The notes under the pieces: generated by a model | Told to the model about the DNA's origin: nothing | Seen by the model: only the letters and a program-made list of their open reading frames with translations | Databases searched by the model: none | IMG/VR virus record: IMGVR_UViG_3300042564_000253 | Direction: 5' to 3' (one strand) | DNA length: 44,406 nt | Source: a virus | Lineage: Duplodnaviria; Heunggongvirae; Uroviricota; Caudoviricetes | Program-made: the position numbers and the translations under genes | Shown: positions 15,961 to 25,608 of the stretch, piece after piece | Position numbering within the stretch: the stretch's first letter is position 1 | Layout: every line of letters begins with the position of its first letter

Positions 15961-18620
15961 AAAAACTATTAATCATCACTCCTCACCTATCAACAGGAGG
16001 AGCACCACAGGTAACTGTAAATAAAGTAGAATTGTTACGAGAACACTTTGAAATCAAGGTGGTAGAGTATGCATTCTTAGCATGGCAGTTTGTTGTACAA
16101 AGAAATAGAATCATTGACATGCTTACAGAAGGAGTTAACTTCCATTCATTAGGGGATAATAAGTACGATGAACTGTTGCAAATTCTGCAAGACTTCAAAC
16201 CAGATGTAATCTCTATGGAAGAATTCCCTGAGATGTTTATGAATGAAGAATGTGCTGACTATATATATGATGCAGAGAGGCCATGGAAGGTTGTAGAAAC
16301 TACACATGATAGTTCATTCAATCCTAAAAACAAATACTATCTACCTGATAAGTTTGTATTTGTTAGCTCATATAACTCGTTCCAATACATTACATTAAAT
16401 GTACCTACAGAGGTAATTGAATATCCTATTGATAAGAAGGTTAGAAATAAAGTAGAGAGACAGCAACAACTTGGCTTAGATCCTGAGTACAAACACTTTG
16501 TAACTGTAGGGTTGTTTACTCCTAGAAAGAACCAAGCATATGCATTCCAACTAGCAGAAAGACTTAAGAACCACAAGGTTAAGTTTCACTTCCTAGGTAA
16601 CCAAGCTGGTAACTTTGCTAACTATTGGCAACCATTGATGGCTAACAAACCAGACAACTGTGTTGTGTGGGGAGAGCGTAATGATGTAAGTGAATTCTTA
16701 GAAGCATGTGATGTGTTTTTGTTCCCATCTAAAGGAGACAGAGGTAATAAGGAGTTAAATCCTATTGCTATTAAGGAAGCCATGGAATATGATGACTTGA
16801 TCAAAGTGATGTACAATCTAGACGTATACTGTAACAAGTATAATGATGAGGAGAATATGGTTTATTTAACTGGAGATCTTGGTAGTGATGCTACCAATAT
16901 CATCAAAAAATTAAACCTAGATGTATTAGATGAAGAGTGTATCATCTTGGGCACCTATCCAAATATTAAGGACAGAGTGCAATGGACCAAGGATACCATA
17001 CTGTCTCTAAAGCCATTAGGTAGAAAGATTATACTAGTATCTCACTATCCTGTAGACCAGGACATACAACGTATGGTGGATTACTATATCTATGATAAAC
17101 ACAACCCCTTGACTCACCACAGTTACTACACTAGGTTTTATCATGATACACCAGAGTACTTTGCTGAGATCAATATCAATGGATTGAAGGATAGCAATCA
17201 GTCCCTTACAGTGCTAGTAAACATGTTCAATGCAGCTAAGGTTGCTAAAGAGCTTGGATTCAAGAGATTCTTCTATACTACGTATGATGTTATGTTAGAT
17301 CCTAGAGACATACCTGCAGTGAATGAAGCATTTAGAACAGATAAAAAGTTATATGCTGCTACACTACCTACACCACAGGGTAAAGGTATTCAGACCAATG
17401 GTATTATGTTTGACACAGACTTCTTCTTAAAAGAGTTTGATGATGTGCGTACAGCAGAAGAATGGAACGCTGTATGTAAGAAAAGAAAATGTGAGAACTA
17501 TCTAGAAGACTATTTGTCCAAGGTTATCTTTAGCTTCAATCCTAATGATATTCAAGTGGTTACAACTGACAAGGATACTATGTTGATACACAGTGGGTTA
17601 GGTGTAGCATCTAATAGTGAGTATTATTCTATCATCCCTGTTGTTGGAAAACCAAACACTTATGTGTTCTATTTCTTTACATATAACAGAGACTTTAGAA
17701 ACATTTATATATCTATTGAAGATTACATGTGGAAAAGAATCATACCAGCTAAGAACCATGAACTTCTTTATCAGTTTGAATTCAAAGGAGAACCTATTAA
17801 TGTAAGAATGGATTTCTATGATGGTGATATAACTTATAAGGTGGAAGAGTTTATAATAAACAAAGACACATTACCTCTATACAAAAATACAGGTAAGTTT
17901 CAATGGAAGAAGAAGGATAGACCTAAGATTAAATTAGTTCATATACAAACCACACTAAATGATGAAAGAGAAAGAGCAAGTAGAGACTCCCTTATCAGCG
18001 TTGTCAACCATGGATGGGAATATAAGTTACATCTTAACCAGCCCTATAAGTCATTACCACCATCATATAACTGTCTCAGACCCAGTTGTGTTTCAATGGA
18101 ACTCTTCAATGAGGAGCAAGTTCGACAGTATGGCACTGCACTTACCCCAGCACATTATGGATGCTATCAAGCATTCAAAGATGCCATCTTAAGTGAATTC
18201 AATAACTGTGACTACTTGATAGTGTGTGAAGGTGATTGTATTATTGAGACAGACATACACTTTTTCGTACAAAAAGTTGAGGAATGTGCACACTTATTGG
18301 GACCAAACAACATAGAGTTTATGTCCTTTGGAGATAAAGATACATTAGAACATGGATGGCCTCAGAGTCCTGTCATCAAAGATGTGAACGATGATATGTA
18401 TGTCACTAATCATCTTATAGGTTTACAATGTATCATGTTCCCTGCACATGTATCTCCATGGTTAAAAGAAACTTTAAGAATGCACAAATGGGATGCTGCT
18501 GATATGTATTTTAATAATATCTTTGCAGGAGACAAAATGGGTATAGTTAAGAAAAGACTTACCACACAGGCAGATGGATTTTCTTTAATAGACAACATGC
18601 AAAAAACATTTAGAAAATGA
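15957..18620 (+). CDS. three-domain glycosyltransferase (GT4, uncharacterised GT-A-like, GT25-like)
   Basis: HLSTGGA, GLFTPRKNQ, DVFLFPS..ELNPIAIKEA (GT4); middle IILVSHYP..YYIYD domain; C-terminal AHYGCYQAF..LIVCEGD. Confidence 0.8.
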   Translation: MKKLLIITPHLSTGGAPQVTVNKVELLREHFEIKVVEYAFLAWQFVVQRNRIIDMLTEGVNFHSLGDNKYDELLQILQDFKPDVISMEEFPEMFMNEECADYIYDAERPWKVVETTHDSSFNPKNKYYLPDKFVFVSSYNSFQYITLNVPTEVIEYPIDKKVRNKVERQQQLGLDPEYKHFVTVGLFTPRKNQAYAFQLAERLKNHKVKFHFLGNQAGNFANYWQPLMANKPDNCVVWGERNDVSEFLEACDVFLFPSKGDRGNKELNPIAIKEAMEYDDLIKVMYNLDVYCNKYNDEENMVYLTGDLGSDATNIIKKLNLDVLDEECIILGTYPNIKDRVQWTKDTILSLKPLGRKIILVSHYPVDQDIQRMVDYYIYDKHNPLTHHSYYTRFYHDTPEYFAEININGLKDSNQSLTVLVNMFNAAKVAKELGFKRFFYTTYDVMLDPRDIPAVNEAFRTDKKLYAATLPTPQGKGIQTNGIMFDTDFFLKEFDDVRTAEEWNAVCKKRKCENYLEDYLSKVIFSFNPNDIQVVTTDKDTMLIHSGLGVASNSEYYSIIPVVGKPNTYVFYFFTYNRDFRNIYISIEDYMWKRIIPAKNHELLYQFEFKGEPINVRMDFYDGDITYKVEEFIINKDTLPLYKNTGKFQWKKKDRPKIKLVHIQTTLNDERERASRDSLISVVNHGWEYKLHLNQPYKSLPPSYNCLRPSCVSMELFNEEQVRQYGTALTPAHYGCYQAFKDAILSEFNNCDYLIVCEGDCIIETDIHFFVQKVEECAHLLGPNNIEFMSFGDKDTLEHGWPQSPVIKDVNDDMYVTNHLIGLQCIMFPAHVSPWLKETLRMHKWDAADMYFNNIFAGDKMGIVKKRLTTQADGFSLIDNMQKTFRK

Positions 18621-19630
18621 GAATAGTACACGTAGCTACAGGACTAATAACCATACCACCAAATGGATGGGGTGCTGTAGAAAGACTTATATGGGAATAC
18701 AAACAAGGACTTGAGAAGCTTGGTGATGTTGTAGACATCAGATATATGAATGAGCTAGAGAGATGGCCTGATACTATTGTACATGCACATCTAGCCAACC
18801 AGGCTTTGTATTGTAGAGACAAAGGTATACCTTATGTATACTCTCTACATGATCATCATACAGAATGGTATGGCAAAGATAGCTGGGTATATAAGCAAAA
18901 CCTAGAGGCTATGAAACATAGTATTATATCTTTTACACATGCTGAGTATCTGATAGACTATTTCAGTGAGACTGATAAGTTGTTCTATCTAAGACATGGA
19001 GCCAACACAGAATTCTTCACACCAGAATATAGAATGGGTCCACATAAACTATTGATGATAGCCAACAATGGACTAGCAGGTGACTCAGGGTTTGATAGAA
19101 AAGGATTTAGATATGGTATAGAAGCAGCTAGAGAACTAGATCTTCCTATCACCATTGCTGGTCATCCTAATAATGAGAAGTTCTTTGATATACATATAGA
19201 GTTAATGAACTATAAAAAGTTAACTTTAAAGTTAACAAATCCTACAGATGAAGAAGTCAGAGAATTGTATCAAGATCATAGCATCTTCTTACATCCATCT
19301 ATGCTAGAAGCAGGACATCCTAACCTTACATTATGTGAAGCAGCTAGCTCTTGTATACCTATTGTAGGAACCTACAGAGGATCTAAACACTTTCCTGGTA
19401 TGTGGGTGTTACCAAACATCAGTACAGAGAGTGTAATGCTTGGCATTACAGAGACAATCAAGACATACGAGCATCGTGTAAAAGAAATGCAAGATGCACG
19501 TGACTATCATAGCTGGGACAATGTAGCTAAGACATTACATAAATACTATGAGAATATTTCTAAGATAACTGAAGGATATGACTCAGAGAAGACAAAACAA
19601 TTATACATCAATTTATACAATAATTTATGA
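18617..19630 (+). CDS. GT4-family glycosyltransferase
   Basis: PPNGWGAVE, RKGFRYGIEAA, IFLHPSMLEAGHPNLTLCEAA. Confidence 0.9.
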   Translation: MRIVHVATGLITIPPNGWGAVERLIWEYKQGLEKLGDVVDIRYMNELERWPDTIVHAHLANQALYCRDKGIPYVYSLHDHHTEWYGKDSWVYKQNLEAMKHSIISFTHAEYLIDYFSETDKLFYLRHGANTEFFTPEYRMGPHKLLMIANNGLAGDSGFDRKGFRYGIEAARELDLPITIAGHPNNEKFFDIHIELMNYKKLTLKLTNPTDEEVRELYQDHSIFLHPSMLEAGHPNLTLCEAASSCIPIVGTYRGSKHFPGMWVLPNISTESVMLGITETIKTYEHRVKEMQDARDYHSWDNVAKTLHKYYENISKITEGYDSEKTKQLYINLYNNL

Positions 19631-20223
19631 GAGTAGAAATGTTATCAATTGCAGACTTCTACAGTAACGTAGATGAAGTGAGAAACTTTGCAATGCAACA
19701 AGAATTCCTTGGTGAAGAAGCTCACTTCCCAGGTAAGAGAACTAAATCATTTTTAAATGATAGTGTTAAAGAGATAATTCAAAGTACCATGAGACCATTT
19801 GCAGGAGACGTTACGTGGTGGGGAGATCACAACTCTGGAGCATTTCAATACACTACAGCAGCAGACAGATCGTGGATACACTCTGATGGTAATGCTGATT
19901 GGGCAGCTGTATGTTATTTAACTCCTGATGCACCATTGAGTGCAGGTACAGGAATATTTAAACATAAAGCAACTGGTCTTAGAAACTGGATATATAAAGA
20001 TCATTTTACAGAAGAAGATAAATATGGTGTTAAAGACGCACCTCATCGTGGTGCTGATTCTGTTGACTATACCAAGTGGGAGATGGTGGATAGAATAGGT
20101 AATATGTATAATAGACTTATAATATATAGAGGTGATCTATTTCATGTATCTTTGGATTACTTTGGTAGAGATTTACAAACAGGAAGATTGTTTCAAACAT
20201 TCTTTTTTAATACAGAGAAATGA
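19627..20223 (+). CDS. 2OG-Fe(II) oxygenase (DUF6445-like)
   Basis: SWIHSD (HxD), WAAVCYLTPDAP..GT.IF, YNRLIIY.G.LFH, RLFQTFF. Confidence 0.85.
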   Translation: MRVEMLSIADFYSNVDEVRNFAMQQEFLGEEAHFPGKRTKSFLNDSVKEIIQSTMRPFAGDVTWWGDHNSGAFQYTTAADRSWIHSDGNADWAAVCYLTPDAPLSAGTGIFKHKATGLRNWIYKDHFTEEDKYGVKDAPHRGADSVDYTKWEMVDRIGNMYNRLIIYRGDLFHVSLDYFGRDLQTGRLFQTFFFNTEK

Positions 20224-21317
20224 TAATATATAATGTACACCATGTTAATGGTTTGTTCTTTGAGCTACTAGACGATGGTGGCAAGAACAGAGAATATGAT
20301 ATACAGTTTGTAGATAGGAAGGGTAAGGTGGAAGGTATGCTTACAGATCAACATGTAACTATCTATGAAACAAAACTAAAGGTAGGTGCATGGGCTAGAC
20401 TTAGTAGAAAGTATCTATCTGACATAGCTATATTTGTTAAATATGAAGGACGTGTAGTTAAGCAAATAAACTTATTAGATGAGTTTAAAGATAAGAGAGT
20501 GTTTATTGTATTTGAGTCTAAGAGTCTTGGAGATAGCATAGCTTGGATACCATACTGTTTAGAGTTTCAGGAAGTTTATAAATGCAAAGTAATTGTATCT
20601 ACATTCAAGAATGATTTGTTTGAGAGTGTATATCCTGAACTAGAGTTTGCAGGCAGAGGAACGACAGTTGAGAATCTCAAAGCAATGGTTGAACTAGGTT
20701 GGTTTTGGGATAAGGAAAAAGAACCTACACATCCTGCTACCATTCCTTTACAACAAGCAGCAAGTAATGCATTAGCTTTACCATTTAGAGAGATCTCACC
20801 TAGAATAGCTTTCACACCAGGAGAAAGACCTGTAGTAAATGAATACATATGTATATCAACTAGATCTACAGCACAATGTAAACACTGGTACTACTGGCCA
20901 GAGCTAATTCAAAAACTAAAAAGCTGGGGATACAGAGTGTTTGAGATGTCTCAAGAAGCTGATGACTATGGAGCAGAGACATTAGAAGATAAATCATTAC
21001 AGAACGTGATGAACTATCTACATCATGCTGAATTATTTGTAGGATTATCTAGTGGTATCAGCTGGTTGAACTGGGGAATTGGTAAGAAGACAGTGATGAT
21101 TTCTAACTTCACTACACCAGATCATGAGTTCCAATCCAATTGTATACGCATAATTAATAAAGATGTGTGTAATGGCTGTTGGAATAATCCTGTGTTCAAG
21201 TTTAATAAAGGAGATTGGAATTGGTGCCCTGAGCACGAAGATACTCCTAGACACTTTGAGTGTCATAAGTCAATCACTGTAGATACAGTATTACAAACAA
21301 TAAAAGATAATTTATGA
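20220..21317 (+). CDS. TibC/AAH-type autotransporter O-heptosyltransferase homolog
   Basis: SLGDSIAW catalytic-Asp motif; FVGLSSGISWL; VCNGCWN...WCPEH..T.RHFECHKSI four-Cys iron site. Confidence 0.88.
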   Translation: MIIYNVHHVNGLFFELLDDGGKNREYDIQFVDRKGKVEGMLTDQHVTIYETKLKVGAWARLSRKYLSDIAIFVKYEGRVVKQINLLDEFKDKRVFIVFESKSLGDSIAWIPYCLEFQEVYKCKVIVSTFKNDLFESVYPELEFAGRGTTVENLKAMVELGWFWDKEKEPTHPATIPLQQAASNALALPFREISPRIAFTPGERPVVNEYICISTRSTAQCKHWYYWPELIQKLKSWGYRVFEMSQEADDYGAETLEDKSLQNVMNYLHHAELFVGLSSGISWLNWGIGKKTVMISNFTTPDHEFQSNCIRIINKDVCNGCWNNPVFKFNKGDWNWCPEHEDTPRHFECHKSITVDTVLQTIKDNL

Positions 21318-21961
21318 AAGGAGAAGTATTTGGGATATTCCCAACACCAGTTTTGAAATTCAAAATGGATAGAGACTTTACTAAAGAGGAATTAGATTTT
21401 GTAGATCTTTATAAAGATAAAGTTCCTCAACCTCCTTACTTCATACATCTAGGAAACAATGGCACAACTGATAAAAAGATCCTTGAGCATCCAGAGATGG
21501 CTGGTTTAAAGAAGATTGTAGAAGACTGTTTAAATCAATGGTGTATTAATGTTTATGCTCCTCGTAACCCTGAGTCTTTTAAACTAAAGATAACACAATC
21601 TTGGCTAAACTATACAGAGCCAGACGAGCATCATGATAGACACTATCATCCAAATAGTATAGTGAGTGGTGCTATTTATATAGATACTAATCCAGTGAAG
21701 GATCAAATTACATTTAACTCTGGTAAGATGTATGATTACTATATACCATGGATTGCTTTGAATCAATTCAACTCTATGGAATCCACTATTACTTTAACTA
21801 AGAAAGATATAGTTTTATTTCCTTCTAATTTAAATCATTCTGTTCCAAAGAACATAGGATCAAATACAAGGATTAGTTTAGCATTTAATTCTTTCTTTGA
21901 GGGATCTCTTGGTGTAAATAAAGATGAACCAAACTACGTACAATTCAATAGTGTAGAATAA
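21314..21961 (+). CDS. 2OG-Fe(II) oxygenase, TIGR02466-like
   Basis: ITQSWLN, HYHPNSIVSGAIY, LFPSNLNHSV, RISLAFN. Confidence 0.9.
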   Translation: MKGEVFGIFPTPVLKFKMDRDFTKEELDFVDLYKDKVPQPPYFIHLGNNGTTDKKILEHPEMAGLKKIVEDCLNQWCINVYAPRNPESFKLKITQSWLNYTEPDEHHDRHYHPNSIVSGAIYIDTNPVKDQITFNSGKMYDYYIPWIALNQFNSMESTITLTKKDIVLFPSNLNHSVPKNIGSNTRISLAFNSFFEGSLGVNKDEPNYVQFNSVE

Positions 21962-21988
21962 AAAAGGGGCTAATTAAAGCCCCTTTTT
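21961..21988. terminator. bidirectional intrinsic terminator
   Basis: Perfect inverted repeat aaaaaggggct-aattaa-agccccttttt between convergent genes. Confidence 0.9.
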
Positions 21989-21996
21989 AATATATC

Positions 21997-22590
21997 TTAT
22001 TTATAATGTCCTCCTCCCACCCAGAGAACAAATGAACGTCTCACTCCTTTAGTAACAGGTGTCACTCTATGCATCATGTAAGAAGGGAATATAAATACCA
22101 CTCCTTTTCCTCTTGGTGCTTTTTGTATATCTTGACCACCTTTCCAGTATTCAAGATCACCTCCTTCATATTCATCAGGACCTGATAACTGAACTGTAAT
22201 ACTTACCTTTCTTGTAGATAGAGCACCAGGACCAATGTCTTGATGCCATCCATAATGTCCATCATTAGTTGCATGGTATTCTGTATATTGAATGTCATCT
22301 AACACTGAATACAGATCAAAGTTCCAAACATTATCATTGGCTTCTATGATCATAGCCATCATCTTATCATATAACCATCCCCACTCTTTATCTTTTGGAA
22401 TCCATTTAACAGATGAAGATCTTATGCTTTTATCTTGGCAATTCTCTGGACCAGTTCCTGCACTTATAAATGGAATTGTAGCAACATCTTTATATATCTT
22501 ATCTAGTTCTTCATCAGTAAATCCCTTCTCAAAGAAATAATAATTTTGAGTATCTATTAACTTTGGTTCAAATAATACATTGGAATGCAT
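21997..22590 (-). CDS. prolyl-hydroxylase-like (PKHD/P4Hc type) 2OG-Fe(II) oxygenase
   Basis: YGWHQD (HxD), RKVSITVQLS..DEYEGGDL, FPSYMMHRVTPVTKGVRRSFV.W. Confidence 0.9.
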   Translation of the reverse strand: MHSNVLFEPKLIDTQNYYFFEKGFTDEELDKIYKDVATIPFISAGTGPENCQDKSIRSSSVKWIPKDKEWGWLYDKMMAMIIEANDNVWNFDLYSVLDDIQYTEYHATNDGHYGWHQDIGPGALSTRKVSITVQLSGPDEYEGGDLEYWKGGQDIQKAPRGKGVVFIFPSYMMHRVTPVTKGVRRSFVLWVGGGHYK

Positions 22591-22610
22591 AAAAAAGATT
22601 TTAGTTCCTA

Positions 22611-22618
22611 CAAAGATA
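22611..22618 (-). promoter_or_regulatory. Bacteroidota -7 element (TATCTTTG)
   Basis: TAnnTTTG 20 nt upstream of ATG 22590. Confidence 0.55.
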
Positions 22619-22626
22619 CGTACAAA

Positions 22627-23934
22627 TTAAATATAAAGTTTTTCTTTTTCTGCTAATTTAGCATCTAGCTCTTGAAGAGCTTTTATCATTACACCTAATG
22701 AAGAGTTAATATCAATTCTATCATGTTTACTTGTAGCTAGTTCTTCTGGAGTATCTTCAGCTATGAAACCTATTCTAGTTGTATCATCCTGTCCATCTAG
22801 TTCATATTTATATGTAACTATCTCTGTACTATCTATTAGATCCATAGCAGATGCTGTAAATGGTTCTATATTAGTCTTAACTTCTTCTGTAGATACAGTG
22901 AAGAAATAAGTAGATCCTATCGAAGCAAATGTATACCATCCAAATCCTTCTCCAAAGAATGTTGGAGTTGAAGGACTTATCATTCCTCTATGACCACCTT
23001 GGTAAAATCTATTTGCAGTATACCATTGACTTGTTGTAATACCTCCTTCAAAAACTGCATTATTACTAGCATTTAATGTTTGGTTATTACTATTTGCAGG
23101 ACCTTGAGGTCCTTGGGGTCCTTGAGGTCCTTGGGGTCCTTGTGCTCCTGGTGCTCCTGTTGGTCCTTGTGGACCAGTAGGTCCTTGTACTCCTGTTGGT
23201 CCTTGTCCTCCTGGAGCACCTGTTCCACCATTGACTCCAGATACACCTGATGTACCTGATGATCCTGTAAATCCTTGTAAGCCTTGTGGACCTGTAGGAC
23301 CTGTAGCTCCAGTGGGACCAGTTCCACCATTCACTGCAGATGTACCAGATGATCCATTAGTACCTGATGATCCTGACGTTCCTGAGGAACCAGACGATCC
23401 ACTTCCACCTGATACACCTGTTGTAGCAGAAGAACCATTAGTTCCACTGCTTCCTGATGTACCACTCACTGCAGCTGTTCCTGAAGACCCACTCGTTCCT
23501 GATGTTCCAGTTGTACTAGACAAAGCAGATAGTCCTGCTGTTCCAGATGACCCTGCTACTCCTGTTGAACCAGAATCTGCACTTGTACCAGAGGTTGCAC
23601 TGGTTCCAGATGTAGCAGATGTACCACCACTTCCTGATGTACCTGATGATGCAGATGTACCTGAGGTAGCACTAGTTCCAGCAGTAGCTGAGATACTAGA
23701 TGTACCTGATGTAGCAGCTGTTCCATTGTATCCAGTTAAAGATACAGTCCAGCTATTATATGTTCCAGAACCTTTATAGTCATATGGAGTGATTACTAAT
23801 ACACCAGTACCAGTATCATAAGATACAACTCTACCAATTATATAATTATTAGTATCATGACTTGCTTGGACGAAGTCATTGACAACAAAGGCAAGCCCTG
23901 TACTAACATTAAATGTCATATTAGAGTATGGCAT
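22627..23934 (-). CDS. collagen-like tail fibre with S74 intramolecular chaperone
   Basis: N-terminal beta domain, (G-T/S-S)n then (GPT/GPQ)n, C-terminal STEEVKTNI...IGFIAED...IKALQEL. Confidence 0.9.
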   Translation of the reverse strand: MPYSNMTFNVSTGLAFVVNDFVQASHDTNNYIIGRVVSYDTGTGVLVITPYDYKGSGTYNSWTVSLTGYNGTAATSGTSSISATAGTSATSGTSASSGTSGSGGTSATSGTSATSGTSADSGSTGVAGSSGTAGLSALSSTTGTSGTSGSSGTAAVSGTSGSSGTNGSSATTGVSGGSGSSGSSGTSGSSGTNGSSGTSAVNGGTGPTGATGPTGPQGLQGFTGSSGTSGVSGVNGGTGAPGGQGPTGVQGPTGPQGPTGAPGAQGPQGPQGPQGPQGPANSNNQTLNASNNAVFEGGITTSQWYTANRFYQGGHRGMISPSTPTFFGEGFGWYTFASIGSTYFFTVSTEEVKTNIEPFTASAMDLIDSTEIVTYKYELDGQDDTTRIGFIAEDTPEELATSKHDRIDINSSLGVMIKALQELDAKLAEKEKLYI

Positions 23935-23936
23935 AA

Positions 23937-24305
23937 TTACTGATTGTTATTTTGTAACCAAGTTGGTTTAATTAAAACAACTTTTGGATTTACTTTATCC
24001 TCAAGTCTTTTATCTATCATGTTAGCTTTTATCCAAGCCATGTTTCTTTTCTTTCTATTCTCACTAATCTCAACCCACGATTGAAGTGCTTGAGGAGTCA
24101 ATTGCTCAAAGGGAATAAATTCACCAGGAGCAACATCAGATTTAATAGTAGTGGTAGCAGAGTATCTTTCTTCATGCAGTGTACCTGCAGTATCAACTGC
24201 TGTACCAACTAAAAACCAACTGATCTTTAATACAACTTGAGAATGACCCTCTAATGATGGTGCTACATGCAAATCATCAAGTATGAAATTATAATTAACT
24301 ACCAT
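23937..24305 (-). CDS. small fibre-associated protein (assembly/chaperone-like)
   Basis: VV..I.W...G...FIPFEQLT....SWV pattern often seen beside S74 fibres; sits between two fibre genes. Confidence 0.6.
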   Translation of the reverse strand: MVVNYNFILDDLHVAPSLEGHSQVVLKISWFLVGTAVDTAGTLHEERYSATTTIKSDVAPGEFIPFEQLTPQALQSWVEISENRKKRNMAWIKANMIDKRLEDKVNPKVVLIKPTWLQNNNQ

Positions 24306-24315
24306 ATTTTTTATT

Positions 24316-25608
24316 TTATAAATTATCTATTTTTTTATTCAGTTCTTGTAATGCTTTTAAAGCAACACCTATACTGTTAGTAATATCCATTCTATCATGA
24401 TTTGGACCAGCAAATTCTTCAGCTGTATCATCTGCAATGAATCCTAACTTTACATGATTGTATATTGGATTCTCAAGTTCATATTCAACTATATCTACAG
24501 TGTTTATTAAATCAATTGCACATGCTTGATAAGGTTTAATATCTGTCTTATATATTGATGAAGATGTACCAAAGTAGTTACTAGATCCCACCACACCAGC
24601 AGAAACCCAGTTACCATTACTGTACCAATACGCTCCTTGGTTAGCACTACATGCTGCCTGATTTTGAATTCTCCAACCACCACCTGAATATGCTTCATTT
24701 TGAGTAACTGTGTCACTAAATTGTACAGCATCTCCTTGGTTTAATGATTGGTTATAAATAGTTTGAGGACCTTGTCCACCAGCAGGTCCTTGAGCACCAG
24801 CAGGTCCTGTTGGACCCTGTGCACCTTGGGGACCTGTACCTCCTTGAGGACCAGTTCCACCTGCAGGGCCTTGACCTCCAGTGGGACCCTGAGGTCCTGT
24901 AGGTCCATTTGCACCACTTGCACCAGATGTTCCTCCAGCTCCTTGTGGACCTCTAGCACCCTGAGGTCCTGTTGGACCTGTAACACCTTGAGGACCTGTT
25001 GCTCCATTAGCACCAGAGACACCACTTGATCCACTTGTTGTACTTGCACCAGAAACACCACTTCCACCAGATGAACCTGATGTACCATTAGATCCTGAAG
25101 CACCACTACCACCAGAGGTTCCAGAGCTACCACTACTACCATTTGAACCAGAGGTTCCTGATGTTCTACTATTACCAGAACTACCATTAGCTCCAGCAAC
25201 ACCACTAGATGCAGATGTGCCACTTGTACCAGTTGTACCTGAGGTACCTGTACTACCAGCAGTTCCTGAATCACCAGCTGTTGCAGAACTTCCTGAATCA
25301 CCAGAACTTCCTGATGTACCAGACGAACCATCATTAGCAGATGTACCAGCTGTTCCTTCATTTCCTGAAGACCCACTAGAAGCAGATGTTCCAGAAGATC
25401 CAGGTAAACCAGTTAGATTAACTGTCCATGTACTATATGTACCACTACCTTTCCAAGCAAGAGGAGTTAATGTTATTGAACCTGTTACTTTATCATACGA
25501 TACAACATTGCCTATGACATAGTTATCAGCATCATAGCTAAGTTGTACATTATCACCTGCTTGATAAGCTAGTCCAGTATTTATAGTGAAGGTCATATTA
25601 GCTGGCAT
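24316..25608 (-). CDS. collagen-like tail fibre with S74 chaperone
   Basis: Same architecture; SSSIYKTDI...LGFIADD...LKALQEL. Confidence 0.9.
   Translation of the reverse strand: MPANMTFTINTGLAYQAGDNVQLSYDADNYVIGNVVSYDKVTGSITLTPLAWKGSGTYSTWTVNLTGLPGSSGTSASSGSSGNEGTAGTSANDGSSGTSGSSGDSGSSATAGDSGTAGSTGTSGTTGTSGTSASSGVAGANGSSGNSRTSGTSGSNGSSGSSGTSGGSGASGSNGTSGSSGGSGVSGASTTSGSSGVSGANGATGPQGVTGPTGPQGARGPQGAGGTSGASGANGPTGPQGPTGGQGPAGGTGPQGGTGPQGAQGPTGPAGAQGPAGGQGPQTIYNQSLNQGDAVQFSDTVTQNEAYSGGGWRIQNQAACSANQGAYWYSNGNWVSAGVVGSSNYFGTSSSIYKTDIKPYQACAIDLINTVDIVEYELENPIYNHVKLGFIADDTAEEFAGPNHDRMDITNSIGVALKALQELNKKIDNL

Noticed and set aside
12255-21961. Interpretation as a DNA hypermodification cluster
   Set aside because: No recognisable TET/JBP, dCMP/dUMP hydroxymethylase or T4-like DNA glucosyltransferase motifs, and the strongest hits are protein- or glycan-acting families. 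Not fully excluded; nucleoside LC-MS would settle it.
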